Shown one piece after another: positions 10,420 through 19,781 of a stretch of 64,000 bases of DNA (its first letter is position 1; each line of letters opens with the position of its first letter). Where the stretch lies: the NCBI GenBank assembly GCA_041572575.1, contig JBFFSH010000003.1:7081-71080 (forward strand), in the 5' to 3' direction. The position numbers were made by a program, and so were the translations under genes. A model generated the notes under the pieces. That model saw only the letters and a list, made by a program, of their open reading frames with translations. It ran no database searches and had not been told where the DNA came from. Source of the DNA: Thermodesulfobacteriota bacterium. GTDB lineage: Bacteria; Desulfobacterota_D; UBA1144; Nemesobacterales; N074bin48.

Positions 10420-10635
10420 GTGATGGCGACACAAAAAGAAATTTTAAAAGAAGCAATTAAACTTAAGCCTACTGAAAAGGCAAAGTTAATAGATCAGCTT
10501 ATTTTATCATTAGATAAACCTGATAGTGATTTAGATAAATTATGGGCTGAAGAAGCAGAATCAAGACTAGAAGCTTATAAAAGAGGCGAATTGGTTGCAG
10601 TTTCTCTTAAAGAAGTAGTAGCTAAATATCTATGA
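10420..10635 (+). CDS. Type II antitoxin, putative addiction-module component (TIGR02574-like)
   Basis: 71 aa. L.PEER..L...L..SL...D.....W..EA..R consensus typical of this family. The 4-nt overlap (ATGA) with the downstream toxin is typical. Confidence 0.75.
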   Translation: MMATQKEILKEAIKLKPTEKAKLIDQLILSLDKPDSDLDKLWAEEAESRLEAYKRGELVAVSLKEVVAKYL

Positions 10636-10928
10636 AGGTAAAGTTTCTGGTTGAAGCTCAACTCGAGCTAGATGAAACTATAAACTATTATAATCAGGAA
10701 GTAGCAGGTTTAGGTGATAGTTTTTTAAGAGAAATATTGAGTACGATTGATAGAATAATAGAATTTCCCAATTCATGGCATTTGCTTTCTAATGAAATAA
10801 GAAGATGTCAAACAAGAAGGTTTCCTTATGGTTTGATTTATTCAATTATTGATAATGAATTATTAGTTTTATCAGTATCAAATCTACACCGTAGACCAAA
10901 TCACTGGAGAGATAGAATAAAGGAATAA
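10632..10928 (+). CDS. Type II toxin, RelE/ParE family
   Basis: 98 aa. Reads ...FPYGLIYSIIDNELLVLSVSNLHRRPNHW, matching the RelE/ParE C-terminal pattern. Translationally coupled to the upstream antitoxin. Confidence 0.8.
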   Translation: MKVKFLVEAQLELDETINYYNQEVAGLGDSFLREILSTIDRIIEFPNSWHLLSNEIRRCQTRRFPYGLIYSIIDNELLVLSVSNLHRRPNHWRDRIKE

Positions 10929-10932
10929 AATC

Positions 10933-11310
10933 ATGAAATTCTGCACAGTAATAAATTGTATGGATGGGCGGGTACAACTGCCTGTAATTAAATATCTGCA
11001 AGAGCGGTTTGGAGCAGAGTATGTAGATTCGATTACAGAGCCTGGGCCTAATAGGATCTTGGCTGAGCAGACTAATACTGCTCTACTAGATTCCATATCT
11101 ACAAGACTAAAAATCTCTTTAGGGAATCACGAGTCTATTGGAATAGCTGTTGCCGGCCATCACGGATGTGCCGGAAATCCTACCCCAAAAGATGAGCAAA
11201 CCCAGCATACTCTCAATGCTGTTAAGTTTCTCAAATCAAAATATCCAGGCGTAGAAATTATCGGCCTCTGGGTTGATGGAAATTGGGAAGTGGAAGAGAT
11301 ACAGTTATAA
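10933..11310 (+). CDS. Small protein with beta-carbonic-anhydrase-like metal-site motifs (CxDxR ... HxxC)
   Basis: 125 aa. CMDGRV at residues 9-14 and HHGCAG at 76-81. The ~65-aa spacing matches the beta-CA zinc-ligand signature. The protein is far shorter than canonical beta-CAs of ~200 aa. Confidence 0.5.
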   Translation: MKFCTVINCMDGRVQLPVIKYLQERFGAEYVDSITEPGPNRILAEQTNTALLDSISTRLKISLGNHESIGIAVAGHHGCAGNPTPKDEQTQHTLNAVKFLKSKYPGVEIIGLWVDGNWEVEEIQL

Positions 11311-11338
11311 TTTATATTAGAATACAGGCAAGGAGATA

Positions 11339-11560
11339 GTGTTGACTAAGTTACTCGAACAGGCGTTTAATAAGGCTTCTAAACTTCCAAAGGAAGAACA
11401 AGATATTCTTGCAAAAGCCATACTTGATGAATTGGAAGCAGAGCAAAAATGGGAAGCGCTTTTTGAAAAATCAGGTGATCTCCTTGAAGAACTGGCAAAA
11501 GAAGCCTTGGAAGAACACAAGGCAGGAAAAACTAAGTCCCTTAATCCTGACCAACTGTGA
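11339..11560 (+). CDS. Type II antitoxin (putative), GTG start
   Basis: 73 aa. Helical, with a KLPKEEQDILAKAILDEL pattern resembling the addiction-module antitoxin family. Preceded by an AGGAGA RBS. Overlaps the downstream toxin by 4 nt. Confidence 0.55.
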   Translation: MLTKLLEQAFNKASKLPKEEQDILAKAILDELEAEQKWEALFEKSGDLLEELAKEALEEHKAGKTKSLNPDQL

Positions 11561-11835
11561 AATCTTTCACAACTGACAAGTTCAGGTCGTTATTTGCTAA
11601 ACTTCCAAAGTCTATAAAACAACGGGCCAGAGAATCCTATCGTCTTTTCAAAAACAATCCTCACCATCCTAGTCTGCATTTTAAGACCGTCCATCTAACT
11701 GAACCGATATACTCTGTTAGGATTAGTAAGGACTATAGGGCAGTTGGTATTATCAATGACGAAAAAATATTCTGGTTTTGGATAGGACCACATTCTGAAT
11801 ATGATCAACTATTGAAAAACTATCAAAAAAATTAA
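11557..11835 (+). CDS. Type II toxin, RelE/ParE superfamily
   Basis: 92 aa. DYRAVGIINDEKIFWFWIGPHSEYD matches the RelE/ParE C-terminal core. Confidence 0.7.
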   Translation: MKSFTTDKFRSLFAKLPKSIKQRARESYRLFKNNPHHPSLHFKTVHLTEPIYSVRISKDYRAVGIINDEKIFWFWIGPHSEYDQLLKNYQKN

Positions 11836-11843
11836 TTTTAATA

Positions 11844-12617
11844 ATGTCCACAATCCAAATCAACAAAAACGATATCCATTATCTCTCAAACACCAAAATT
11901 GACGGTAGTCATCCAACCTTGTTCTTGCTCCATGGCGCTGGGCAGAGCCACTTAACCTGGGAATATCAATTAGATTATCTGCAAGCTTTAGATGGGTATA
12001 ACTTTGTCATTCCTGATTTACCAGGTCATGGTAAATCAGATGGTGAGGGTCTTAAATCAGTCGAGGAATATACAGAATTTATAAAAGAGTTGATAAGTGA
12101 ACTGGACTTAAAAGAGATAATCTTCATCGGTCATTCCATGGGCGGAGCAGTTGCCCAGCTATTAGCATTAGAAGAACCTGATTACTTAAAGGCTATCATT
12201 CTTGTATGCACCGGGGCTTCAATGAGCGTAGCAAGAGAAACGCTTTTGGCTGTAAGAGATAACTATGAAGTTTTTTGTGAAGTAGCACCAACTAGAGCGT
12301 TTGCTGAAAGTTCACCAGAAATATTGAAGACAAAGTTCAAGGAAGGTTTGCAAAACACCAAACAAAAGGTGGCCTACGATGACCTACTGGCTTGCAATGT
12401 GTTTGATATTTCAGATAAGATTTCAGGCATAAATATACCTACATTAATTATTGCTGGGAGCGAGGATATATTAACTATTCCAAAAAGAAGTGAGTATCTT
12501 CACCATCAGATTTTTGACTCGGAGCTGCATATAGTAGAAGGTTCAGGGCATTTTGTAATGCAGGAGAAGACTGAGGAATTTAACGCGCTCGTATTTGATT
12601 TTATTGAGAGCCTTTAA
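11844..12617 (+). CDS. Alpha/beta-hydrolase fold esterase/lipase
   Basis: 257 aa. Nucleophile elbow GHSMGG, Asp/His catalytic partners near the C-terminus (GSEDIL...GSGHFV). Confidence 0.85.
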   Translation: MSTIQINKNDIHYLSNTKIDGSHPTLFLLHGAGQSHLTWEYQLDYLQALDGYNFVIPDLPGHGKSDGEGLKSVEEYTEFIKELISELDLKEIIFIGHSMGGAVAQLLALEEPDYLKAIILVCTGASMSVARETLLAVRDNYEVFCEVAPTRAFAESSPEILKTKFKEGLQNTKQKVAYDDLLACNVFDISDKISGINIPTLIIAGSEDILTIPKRSEYLHHQIFDSELHIVEGSGHFVMQEKTEEFNALVFDFIESL

Positions 12618-12623
12618 AAATAA

Positions 12624-13391
12624 TTATCTGAAAAGATCGAACTGAGGATCTCTTATAAGTGACTTTGATCCGACATCTTCAAATTCATAATCATATCCCC
12701 TTACAATCACAACCGGAACTGCATCGTTCTTTCCCATAAGCAGACCTGCCGCGGAAGCTATTTCATCACCTATTGCAATTAGAGTCGCAGTAAGCTCATA
12801 ACCTTCCTTATCCTTTTGATTCCTGTAATCCTTTAGAGGGTTAATCCCCCATGTACCAATCGCTATTTCTGTAAGCCCTTCCCGCCATGGCCTGCCAACT
12901 GTGTCAGTAATAATTACTGCTACGTTCTTTCCGGATTCATTTGTTACATCTTTTGCGATTTTCTTTGCAGAGCCATCAGAGTCATCTGGCAGCAAAGTTA
13001 CCTTATCATTTCCTGGTACGTTTGAGGCATCTATCCCGGCATTCGCAAGTACAAGCCCATCTTTATTTTCAACCACCATCACACCCGTGTCAGTCTTTCT
13101 CTGCATCTTAACGATGCGCTTTGTTTCACCAAGAATAACCTCAACCATTCTGGGGTCTTTTAGAAGTTCGTCACCAAGTTTCTCTGCAAATGGAGTGGGT
13201 GTTATATCATTTAAATCGACAACTTTCCCTTCGGATTTGGATATGATTTTTTGGGCAATAACAAGAATATCCTTTTCTGCTAATTCTATATCAGAGGATT
13301 TAAGTCTATTAGCAATAATCCGGGCTAAGTTATCTCCCTCTTTAATTTCAGGGATACCAGTAACTGGGATAAGTTCAAGCTTAGAGGACAT
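12624..13391 (-). CDS. cofE: Coenzyme F420-0:L-glutamate ligase-like (CofE family)
   Basis: 255 aa. CofE-family pattern: DILVIAQKIISKSEG...ANAGID.SN...VTLLP.D...A..I. Consistent with F420 usage shown by cofDGH in the same window. Confidence 0.75.
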   Translation of the reverse strand: MSSKLELIPVTGIPEIKEGDNLARIIANRLKSSDIELAEKDILVIAQKIISKSEGKVVDLNDITPTPFAEKLGDELLKDPRMVEVILGETKRIVKMQRKTDTGVMVVENKDGLVLANAGIDASNVPGNDKVTLLPDDSDGSAKKIAKDVTNESGKNVAVIITDTVGRPWREGLTEIAIGTWGINPLKDYRNQKDKEGYELTATLIAIGDEIASAAGLLMGKNDAVPVVIVRGYDYEFEDVGSKSLIRDPQFDLFR

Positions 13392-13419
13392 AATCTATGT
13401 AGAAGTTAATAATATAGAT

Positions 13420-14133
13420 TTATTTAGCAGACCACTGACCATTGGAAGACTGAATCAATGTGCCGGATTTAACCTCACCCCTTCTAACTGCGGCAAATTG
13501 CTCGGCTGCCTGTGCTTTTACGCTGCTAACATTATCATCTGTCATTTCCAGTTTATTAATTTTCACAATCTCTTCTGCCATGGCATTAATAATAATATCC
13601 CTGTCAGAATTTTCGTCACTTACAGTCTGGGTGTCTGAAGATGAAAGAGTTCCTCTTTTTACTAATTTCCCCTGGTTACCTTCACCGGCAAGTCGTTTAC
13701 TTAGAATTTTATTAACATCACTCAAGCGGCCGTTCCTTCTGTCATATGCCTTTTGTACTTGAGGATTGCTCTTGATATTATTTAGAATCTTTTGTGTGAG
13801 ATTGCCCTGAGCATACACTTCTGGTACTAGCTGGAATACCCTCTTGGTAGCAATTATTTTGTTTGCAGTAACAGCAGGCTCCGAAGGGTATAGATGTGAT
13901 GTAGGCTCACTTTCAGATTCCGTTGCATCTGGAGTAACTTCCTGATCTGTGTCCGCCTCTGTATCGGTTTGCACTTCGCCGTCTTCCAACAGCTCATCTT
14001 CCAAAGCCTGAAATACGTCTTTTACCTCTTCTGCGGGAAAGTAAACATTTATAGTTACAATTGCGCATGATAGGTTTAGAAATAAAAATACTGCTAACGA
14101 TTTATTTAACATACTGTTGTATAAGTTTTTCAT
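13420..14133 (-). CDS. Secreted/lipoprotein with acidic low-complexity region and C-terminal DUF1318 (YdbL-like) domain
   Basis: 237 aa. Signal peptide, then a D/E/T-rich spacer. C-terminal KRLAGEGNQGKLVKRG...DENSDRDIIINAMAEE...VRRGEVKSGTLIQSSNGQWSAK fits the DUF1318 consensus. Located immediately downstream of a YdbH-like gene. Confidence 0.55.
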   Translation of the reverse strand: MKNLYNSMLNKSLAVFLFLNLSCAIVTINVYFPAEEVKDVFQALEDELLEDGEVQTDTEADTDQEVTPDATESESEPTSHLYPSEPAVTANKIIATKRVFQLVPEVYAQGNLTQKILNNIKSNPQVQKAYDRRNGRLSDVNKILSKRLAGEGNQGKLVKRGTLSSSDTQTVSDENSDRDIIINAMAEEIVKINKLEMTDDNVSSVKAQAAEQFAAVRRGEVKSGTLIQSSNGQWSAK

Positions 14134-14148
14134 AACTGACTCCTCATT

Positions 14149-17100
14149 TTAATTTTGAAATTGTAAATCCAGACTACCTGTACTTGCTCTCCTTGCGGTT
14201 TCTCTTATCACTGACATAAGATGTGCTACGGAGATTGAGTTTCTTCTATTATGAACTTTAATATTCAAATCTTTCAAGCCTAATATCGAATTTGAAATTT
14301 CGAGTTCATTGAATGTAATCACTCCGTTATTAATGTATCCGTATAACCTGCCTTTGTCATAATTTTTTGACGAACCAAGTAGAAGTCTTTCTCTTGCTCC
14401 AAGTCGCTCCAAAAATGCCTTCCCGACAATCCTCTTCTCTTTTCTTGATCCCACAGTCCAAAAATTAAACAGTCCATCGAGTGTACTGGTTCGCTTTTCT
14501 TTTTGCACTAGGCTTACAAGACCGTTTAATCTGCCGCTTATGTAACCCTCAGTACCCGGGATGCTGTCTGTTATATTCTTTAAACTTATATCATTAAACA
14601 GAAAATAAAACTTGCCTGCTTTCTTTTTACTTTTTCCGATATTATAGACTCCTGAAGAAGAGACTTTACCGCCGAATACATTGGTGCTTAATTCCTTAAT
14701 TGTAAGATTGTTCTTTACAACATTCATGAGCAGTTTGATATTTTCCAGAGTAAAAAAACCGTATTCAAGCCTTTTTATATTAACATTGGATTCATCACTG
14801 CGAGAAATATTTTTCGTAAACTTGTATGCTTTCTTATGATCTATTGTGTGTCTTTTTATTACTTCATTTATGCTTTTAACCTCTGTTTCATCCTGGCTTA
14901 GTTTTAATCTGCCATCAAGGTTTTCAATATTGAAAAGAGTGCCAAACGGGTCGCCTTTAAAGTTTATTTTCTTAAAGTCAATATATCCTGTTACGGTTGA
15001 ATCGTTTGGAAAATTGCTTGCTGTAAGCTCAACATCCATACTACCGCTTATCTCACCAAATCTGATTGCCGGCGGGAGATACGGATTTGCAAATTTCTTG
15101 ATTTCTGCAAGATTCATCTTTTCTGTTTTATATTCCAATTTTCTTTCACCGCTATAAGGATTTTCAATATTGCTTGTAAACTCAAGCAAAACATCATTAT
15201 TGCTGTTACTTATTAAACCATTATTTACAGACAAAGTTTCGCTTTCGGTGTCTATATCCAGATTGATATTGAGCTTCGATTCCTCTTCATAATCTTCTAC
15301 ATACATATTGCTAACATTTACTTTTCCGCTACCAGTCGGTAACGATTCTTCGTTTTTAAACTTTCCCTTATAAGTTAAATTCAGCTTGTTTGTGGTTATA
15401 ATATTTTCTTTTCCTTCAATTTTTGGTTTGCTAAGATTAATATTGAATCTCAAATTATTATTCAGGTTATTTAAAAAGCCAGTTAGTTTTCCTCCGAGCA
15501 AATTTCCTTTAATAGAACTTAATTTATATCCACGGGAATCATATGAAACTATAGAGACAAGTTTGGTAAATATCACCGAATAGATGTCTGCTTCTTTGAT
15601 TGTTACATTTCCTGTCCAGGTTTCTTTTGAATTATTGTTAAGGTTCATATTAATCCCGACAAGTTTGTAACCGTTGTCATCAGATGTAAAAGTTCCCTTT
15701 TTAAGATTTACCTTGGATGGGAATTCTATTTCCTCTTCAATGGGAAGGCTAACCTCATTTATCTTTGCTCTACCTCTGTCTATAAGTATAAAAGTAATAT
15801 CAGAAAAGTTGAGATCAGTGTTAGTAAAACTGTAATCACTTTTTAAATCTGATAATTTGTATTTGTCGTAACTGCCTGAGGGAGAGGTGATATTGCCTGT
15901 TATCATATCTCCTTCATCTTCATTTACTGAAATATTAACTGAATCAAGAGTTACATCTAAAAAATTATTCTCTAACCTATCTCCGGTTATATTCAGGTTA
16001 TAGTTCCTATCATTCAGAAGGTCTTTTACATCGGCATTAAATTTCCCGGTATCTATTTTAAAGCTGACATAGTCCAGATTCTTGTATGAAAGATTGTTAA
16101 TTTCAGCATCAACTATTCCTCTCTCTTTTGCATTATCAAACGAGACGCTGGTTTGAATTTTGTTTGATGAGTTTAAATGGGAAACATTTACATTTTGTGT
16201 ATCAGATAATTTAATAGAAACATTATTAGCAGAGATATCACTTAAAAAATTCAGCGTCTTGGTGTTTCCTGTAAAACGCGTATCGAGATTTATCACACTT
16301 CCTGTAATAAGGTTGTTTACATAAAATATTTTTCCAAGGTCAAATTTATTTCCACTGAGTCTGCCGTTAATCGCATAGTTATCTTCACCTAATTCAATAC
16401 TGGAATTTAAGTTAATGCTGCCACCTGCAAAACTATTTGAGCTGGCTTTTATATTTACATTATTATCTTTGGAACTAAGCTTATTTTCTAAAACGATATC
16501 TAGTTTGCCAATTTCCAGTTCATCGCTCCCTTGTTTTATTAAAAAGTTATCAAAATTGAATAGGTTTTTGATGGTCAAACTTTCATCTATTGATCCAGCT
16601 AACTTAATTTCGTTTTTTATCAGATTCCCACTGAGCTTAATATTGTATTTATCTGTGAACAGACTTGTGAACTTTTCTATATCTAAATTTTCAACATTTG
16701 CTGTAATATCTAAAGTTGGATCATCTGAGATATTTGTCACATCCCCTCTGAATCCTAATTTAATAAGATTAAATATTTCTAATACTGAATCATTAATAAT
16801 CACAGTCTTATCGCTTTCTTTGTAAACTATATCAATATCTGCTTTTCCTATAAGCTCTTGTTCTTCATGTATCTGTACATTGGTTTTAGATTTCTTTTCT
16901 CCATTAATTTTCAGATCAATTATTGAATTTATATTGAGAGCGGGAATAGCGGTATTTTCATTATCAGACAATACGAATTCAGGAGTTTGCAGATCAACTA
17001 AGATATTTATATCATCTTTGGTTCTTATGATATTAGACTGTAAAGAAAACTCTCTTCCTAAAAATTCTATTTTAGAGCGCAGCTTTGCGTCCTTTAAATT

Positions 17101-17628
17101 TTGCAGGTCACCCAGTTTAAGAATCAGGCCAGTCAGTTTAAAATTAGTTTCTTGCTCATAAGCTATATCGAAATTTTTAATAACCAGTTCTTGTATTTCT
17201 AGTTGCAATCTTTGCTTATCATTGCCTGTAGTACTTGGTGCTCCGTATCCTGAAGTATCTTTTAAAAACTGCTCTGTTACAGCGCTATCAATGCTATCAA
17301 TTTCTATATGCTCAATAGATACCTTGCGATTATATATGGAACTCAAAAATCCAATATCCACATAAACATTGTTGATCTTTACAAATTCGTTCTTATTATC
17401 AGGTTTTGAAATTTCTAAATTTGTAAAGTGAAAACCGGATAGCAGACTGTATTCGATATTTTCTGCCTTCAGGTTATTACCCTTCCACTGAGGGTTATCA
17501 TTCAGGTAATTTTTAATTTTATAGGGAATAAAATATTGTAGAGCTAGAAACAAAAAGCAAAGAATAACGAGAGTAAATATTAAGAAATACTTTAGGCGTG
17601 CCTGTAATTTATTTTGCGTTAAGATCAT
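14149..17628 (-). CDS. AsmA-family large envelope protein (YdbH/YhdP-like), single N-terminal TM anchor
   Basis: 1159 aa. N-terminal TM helix followed by a long Asn/Ser/Lys-rich beta-rich region. Synteny with a DUF1318 gene, as in E. coli ydbH-ynbE-ydbL. Confidence 0.6.
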   Translation of the reverse strand: MILTQNKLQARLKYFLIFTLVILCFLFLALQYFIPYKIKNYLNDNPQWKGNNLKAENIEYSLLSGFHFTNLEISKPDNKNEFVKINNVYVDIGFLSSIYNRKVSIEHIEIDSIDSAVTEQFLKDTSGYGAPSTTGNDKQRLQLEIQELVIKNFDIAYEQETNFKLTGLILKLGDLQNLKDAKLRSKIEFLGREFSLQSNIIRTKDDINILVDLQTPEFVLSDNENTAIPALNINSIIDLKINGEKKSKTNVQIHEEQELIGKADIDIVYKESDKTVIINDSVLEIFNLIKLGFRGDVTNISDDPTLDITANVENLDIEKFTSLFTDKYNIKLSGNLIKNEIKLAGSIDESLTIKNLFNFDNFLIKQGSDELEIGKLDIVLENKLSSKDNNVNIKASSNSFAGGSINLNSSIELGEDNYAINGRLSGNKFDLGKIFYVNNLITGSVINLDTRFTGNTKTLNFLSDISANNVSIKLSDTQNVNVSHLNSSNKIQTSVSFDNAKERGIVDAEINNLSYKNLDYVSFKIDTGKFNADVKDLLNDRNYNLNITGDRLENNFLDVTLDSVNISVNEDEGDMITGNITSPSGSYDKYKLSDLKSDYSFTNTDLNFSDITFILIDRGRAKINEVSLPIEEEIEFPSKVNLKKGTFTSDDNGYKLVGINMNLNNNSKETWTGNVTIKEADIYSVIFTKLVSIVSYDSRGYKLSSIKGNLLGGKLTGFLNNLNNNLRFNINLSKPKIEGKENIITTNKLNLTYKGKFKNEESLPTGSGKVNVSNMYVEDYEEESKLNINLDIDTESETLSVNNGLISNSNNDVLLEFTSNIENPYSGERKLEYKTEKMNLAEIKKFANPYLPPAIRFGEISGSMDVELTASNFPNDSTVTGYIDFKKINFKGDPFGTLFNIENLDGRLKLSQDETEVKSINEVIKRHTIDHKKAYKFTKNISRSDESNVNIKRLEYGFFTLENIKLLMNVVKNNLTIKELSTNVFGGKVSSSGVYNIGKSKKKAGKFYFLFNDISLKNITDSIPGTEGYISGRLNGLVSLVQKEKRTSTLDGLFNFWTVGSRKEKRIVGKAFLERLGARERLLLGSSKNYDKGRLYGYINNGVITFNELEISNSILGLKDLNIKVHNRRNSISVAHLMSVIRETARRASTGSLDLQFQN

Positions 17629-17664
17629 TAATTATTAGTATAAGATCAAACCGCTAAATAGAAA

Positions 17665-18042
17665 TTAAGTTTCAATTATTACGTCTTTGGCTTTTACCAC
17701 ATTTTTGAAGCTGTAGAATGAATATCTTTTCTTCTTTAAAAACTCTCCAACTACTTTTACTACTGATCCTTTCTTTACATCCAGGTGCTTGCCCTGATAG
17801 TATACATGTAATATATTTTCTGAATTATCCTCTATTTTAAACAGTGTATACTGCTCGCCTTCGGCAGACGTGAATTTTAGCTTGTTTATAATGCCTTCGA
17901 CGACTATTTCCTTTTTATCATATTCGGAAGGGTTTGATACAAATTCTTCAAAAGAATTGGCTGCATCATCACTTATTCCGTAACTAACGCTGAACGAGCA
18001 GGTAAAGATTAAAATAGAAGTTATTAAAATTAATTTTTTCAT
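17665..18042 (-). CDS. Small secreted protein, possible OB-fold (BOF/YgiW-like)
   Basis: 125 aa with signal peptide MKKLILITSILIFTCSFSVSYG. No firm family assignment. Confidence 0.45.
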   Translation of the reverse strand: MKKLILITSILIFTCSFSVSYGISDDAANSFEEFVSNPSEYDKKEIVVEGIINKLKFTSAEGEQYTLFKIEDNSENILHVYYQGKHLDVKKGSVVKVVGEFLKKKRYSFYSFKNVVKAKDVIIET

Positions 18043-18046
18043 ATCA

Positions 18047-18853
18047 TCATCCTCTGTTTCTGTACATTATGTAAAACTTTTTTACCTTCTGCACATAATT
18101 TTTGGTCTCCGGATATGGAGGAATTTTATAGTTATATTTCATCACGGTTCCCGGGCCTGCGTTATAGGCTGCTAGCACTAGATCTACATCGCCTTTGAAA
18201 AATTTGATAAGGTCACGTAAAAATTTCACCCCGCCATCAATATTTTGTGTTGCATTAAAGGGATCGGAAACCCCGTAGTCTTTTGCCGTTGCGGGAATGA
18301 GCTGCATCATGCCCTGGGCATTTTTTGGAGAGACTGCCTTGGGATCAAAATTGGATTCGGCTTTTATAACTGCTTTAACAAGCAGTGGGTCTACTCCGTA
18401 TTTATGCCCTATTCTTTTAATTACCTGATCTATATCTGTCTTAAAATCACCGGACTTTGTAAAAATGTCATCGTAACTAACTACCCTGAATTGAGACAAT
18501 GAAGATACTCTTACAACCCTGTAATCCCTTTCTATTTCCCTGCATGTGATATTAACAGTCTGCTCACCGCCAATTAACGATACAAGACACTCTGAAATAT
18601 GAAGCACCTTAAAGGTTTCATTCAGATAATTAAAACTGTCTCCAATTGAGTATGTATTTACAGCTCCGGATTGATTATTTTTTAATATTACCTTTGGGTC
18701 GGTTTTATTGTATAGAGTACTCAGAATCTCTACATTCAATCTGGAATTATAATTAATCGATTGCGATTTTTTTGTCACATATGCCAGATCTTGTGAAATT
18801 GCGGCATAATTTGAGGAGAAAATTATTAATAGTGCTAAAATTGTGGTTTTCAT
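18047..18853 (-). CDS. Lytic transglycosylase (SLT domain), secreted
   Basis: 268 aa. Signal peptide and SLT catalytic motifs AVIKAESNFDPKAVSPKNAQGMMQL and AYNAGPG. Confidence 0.85.
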   Translation of the reverse strand: MKTTILALLIIFSSNYAAISQDLAYVTKKSQSINYNSRLNVEILSTLYNKTDPKVILKNNQSGAVNTYSIGDSFNYLNETFKVLHISECLVSLIGGEQTVNITCREIERDYRVVRVSSLSQFRVVSYDDIFTKSGDFKTDIDQVIKRIGHKYGVDPLLVKAVIKAESNFDPKAVSPKNAQGMMQLIPATAKDYGVSDPFNATQNIDGGVKFLRDLIKFFKGDVDLVLAAYNAGPGTVMKYNYKIPPYPETKNYVQKVKKFYIMYRNRG

Positions 18854-18966
18854 GCTAATTTATAAATAAATAATTAATATATTAATTATAGGCTATTTTT
18901 GAACAAATTTAAAGTAGTTTATTAAGTTTTATTTGTAAATAGATAAATTATTTGTAAAATTCCCAG

Positions 18967-19767
18967 ATGAAATCCGATATTCCCAAGGCACTTACCATTG
19001 CAGGCTCTGATAGCAGCGGAGGTGCCGGAATACAGGCTGATCTTAAAACTTTCACTGCACATAAAGTATATGGTATGTCGGTGCTCACTTCAATCACAGC
19101 TCAAAATACCAAAAAAGTACTTGGAATTCATAACCTAAGCCCCGAGTTTATAGGACTTCAGCTTGTGGCAGTAGCAACGGATTTTGAAGTAAATGCAGTA
19201 AAAACAGGGATGCTTTCCACTGCACCGATTATTAAATCTATTTCTGATCAGATAAAGAGATACAAAATTCCAAATCTTGTTGTAGACCCTGTGATGATAT
19301 CAAAAAGCGGTGCAAGACTTTTGGAAAAAGAGGCTGAAACATCGCTTAAAAATGATATAATACCGATTGCTTTTATTGTAACGCCTAATATTCCGGAAGC
19401 TGAAGTTATAGCCGGTATGGAGATTGGCACTATAGAACAGATGAAAGAAGCCGCAGAGAAGATTATAGCTATGGGCCCAAAAAATGTACTCATAAAGGGT
19501 GGGCACCTTAAAGACAATAAAGATGCTGTAGACATTTTTTATGATGGGGAAGACTTCTACGAGATTGCTACAAAATGGATTAAAACAAAAAATACGCACG
19601 GCACAGGATGCACATATTCTGCTGCAATCTGTGCTAATCTTGCAAAAGGACTTGATGTACTTGAAGCCGTTAGCAAGGCAAAGGATTATGTTACATCAGC
19701 AATAGAAAAATCATTTAATATAGGAAGCGGCCACGGCCCGCTTAATCATTTTCATAATATAAAATAA
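18967..19767 (+). CDS. thiD: Hydroxymethylpyrimidine/phosphomethylpyrimidine kinase
   Basis: 266 aa. [21 protein letters not shown] and PNIPEAE motifs of ThiD. Confidence 0.9.
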   Translation: MKSDIPKALTIAGSDSSGGAGIQADLKTFTAHKVYGMSVLTSITAQNTKKVLGIHNLSPEFIGLQLVAVATDFEVNAVKTGMLSTAPIIKSISDQIKRYKIPNLVVDPVMISKSGARLLEKEAETSLKNDIIPIAFIVTPNIPEAEVIAGMEIGTIEQMKEAAEKIIAMGPKNVLIKGGHLKDNKDAVDIFYDGEDFYEIATKWIKTKNTHGTGCTYSAAICANLAKGLDVLEAVSKAKDYVTSAIEKSFNIGSGHGPLNHFHNIK

Positions 19768-19781
19768 AAGGAAGGAAAGTT

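Noticed and set aside
12901-13638. 245-aa plus-strand ORF spanning the cofE / DUF1318 genes
   Set aside because: Ser/Phe/Ile-rich low-complexity translation, antisense to two well-supported genes. Rejected as spurious.
14846-17161. Several 65-136-aa plus-strand ORFs inside the 1159-aa AsmA-like gene
   Set aside because: All are antisense to a long continuous ORF and have hydrophobic low-complexity translations typical of AT-rich antisense frames.
18854-18966. Possible TPP riboswitch upstream of thiD
   Set aside because: The 113-nt leader is extremely AT-rich. It lacks the conserved CUGAGA / ACCUGAUCUGGAUAAUGCCAGCG thi-box elements.
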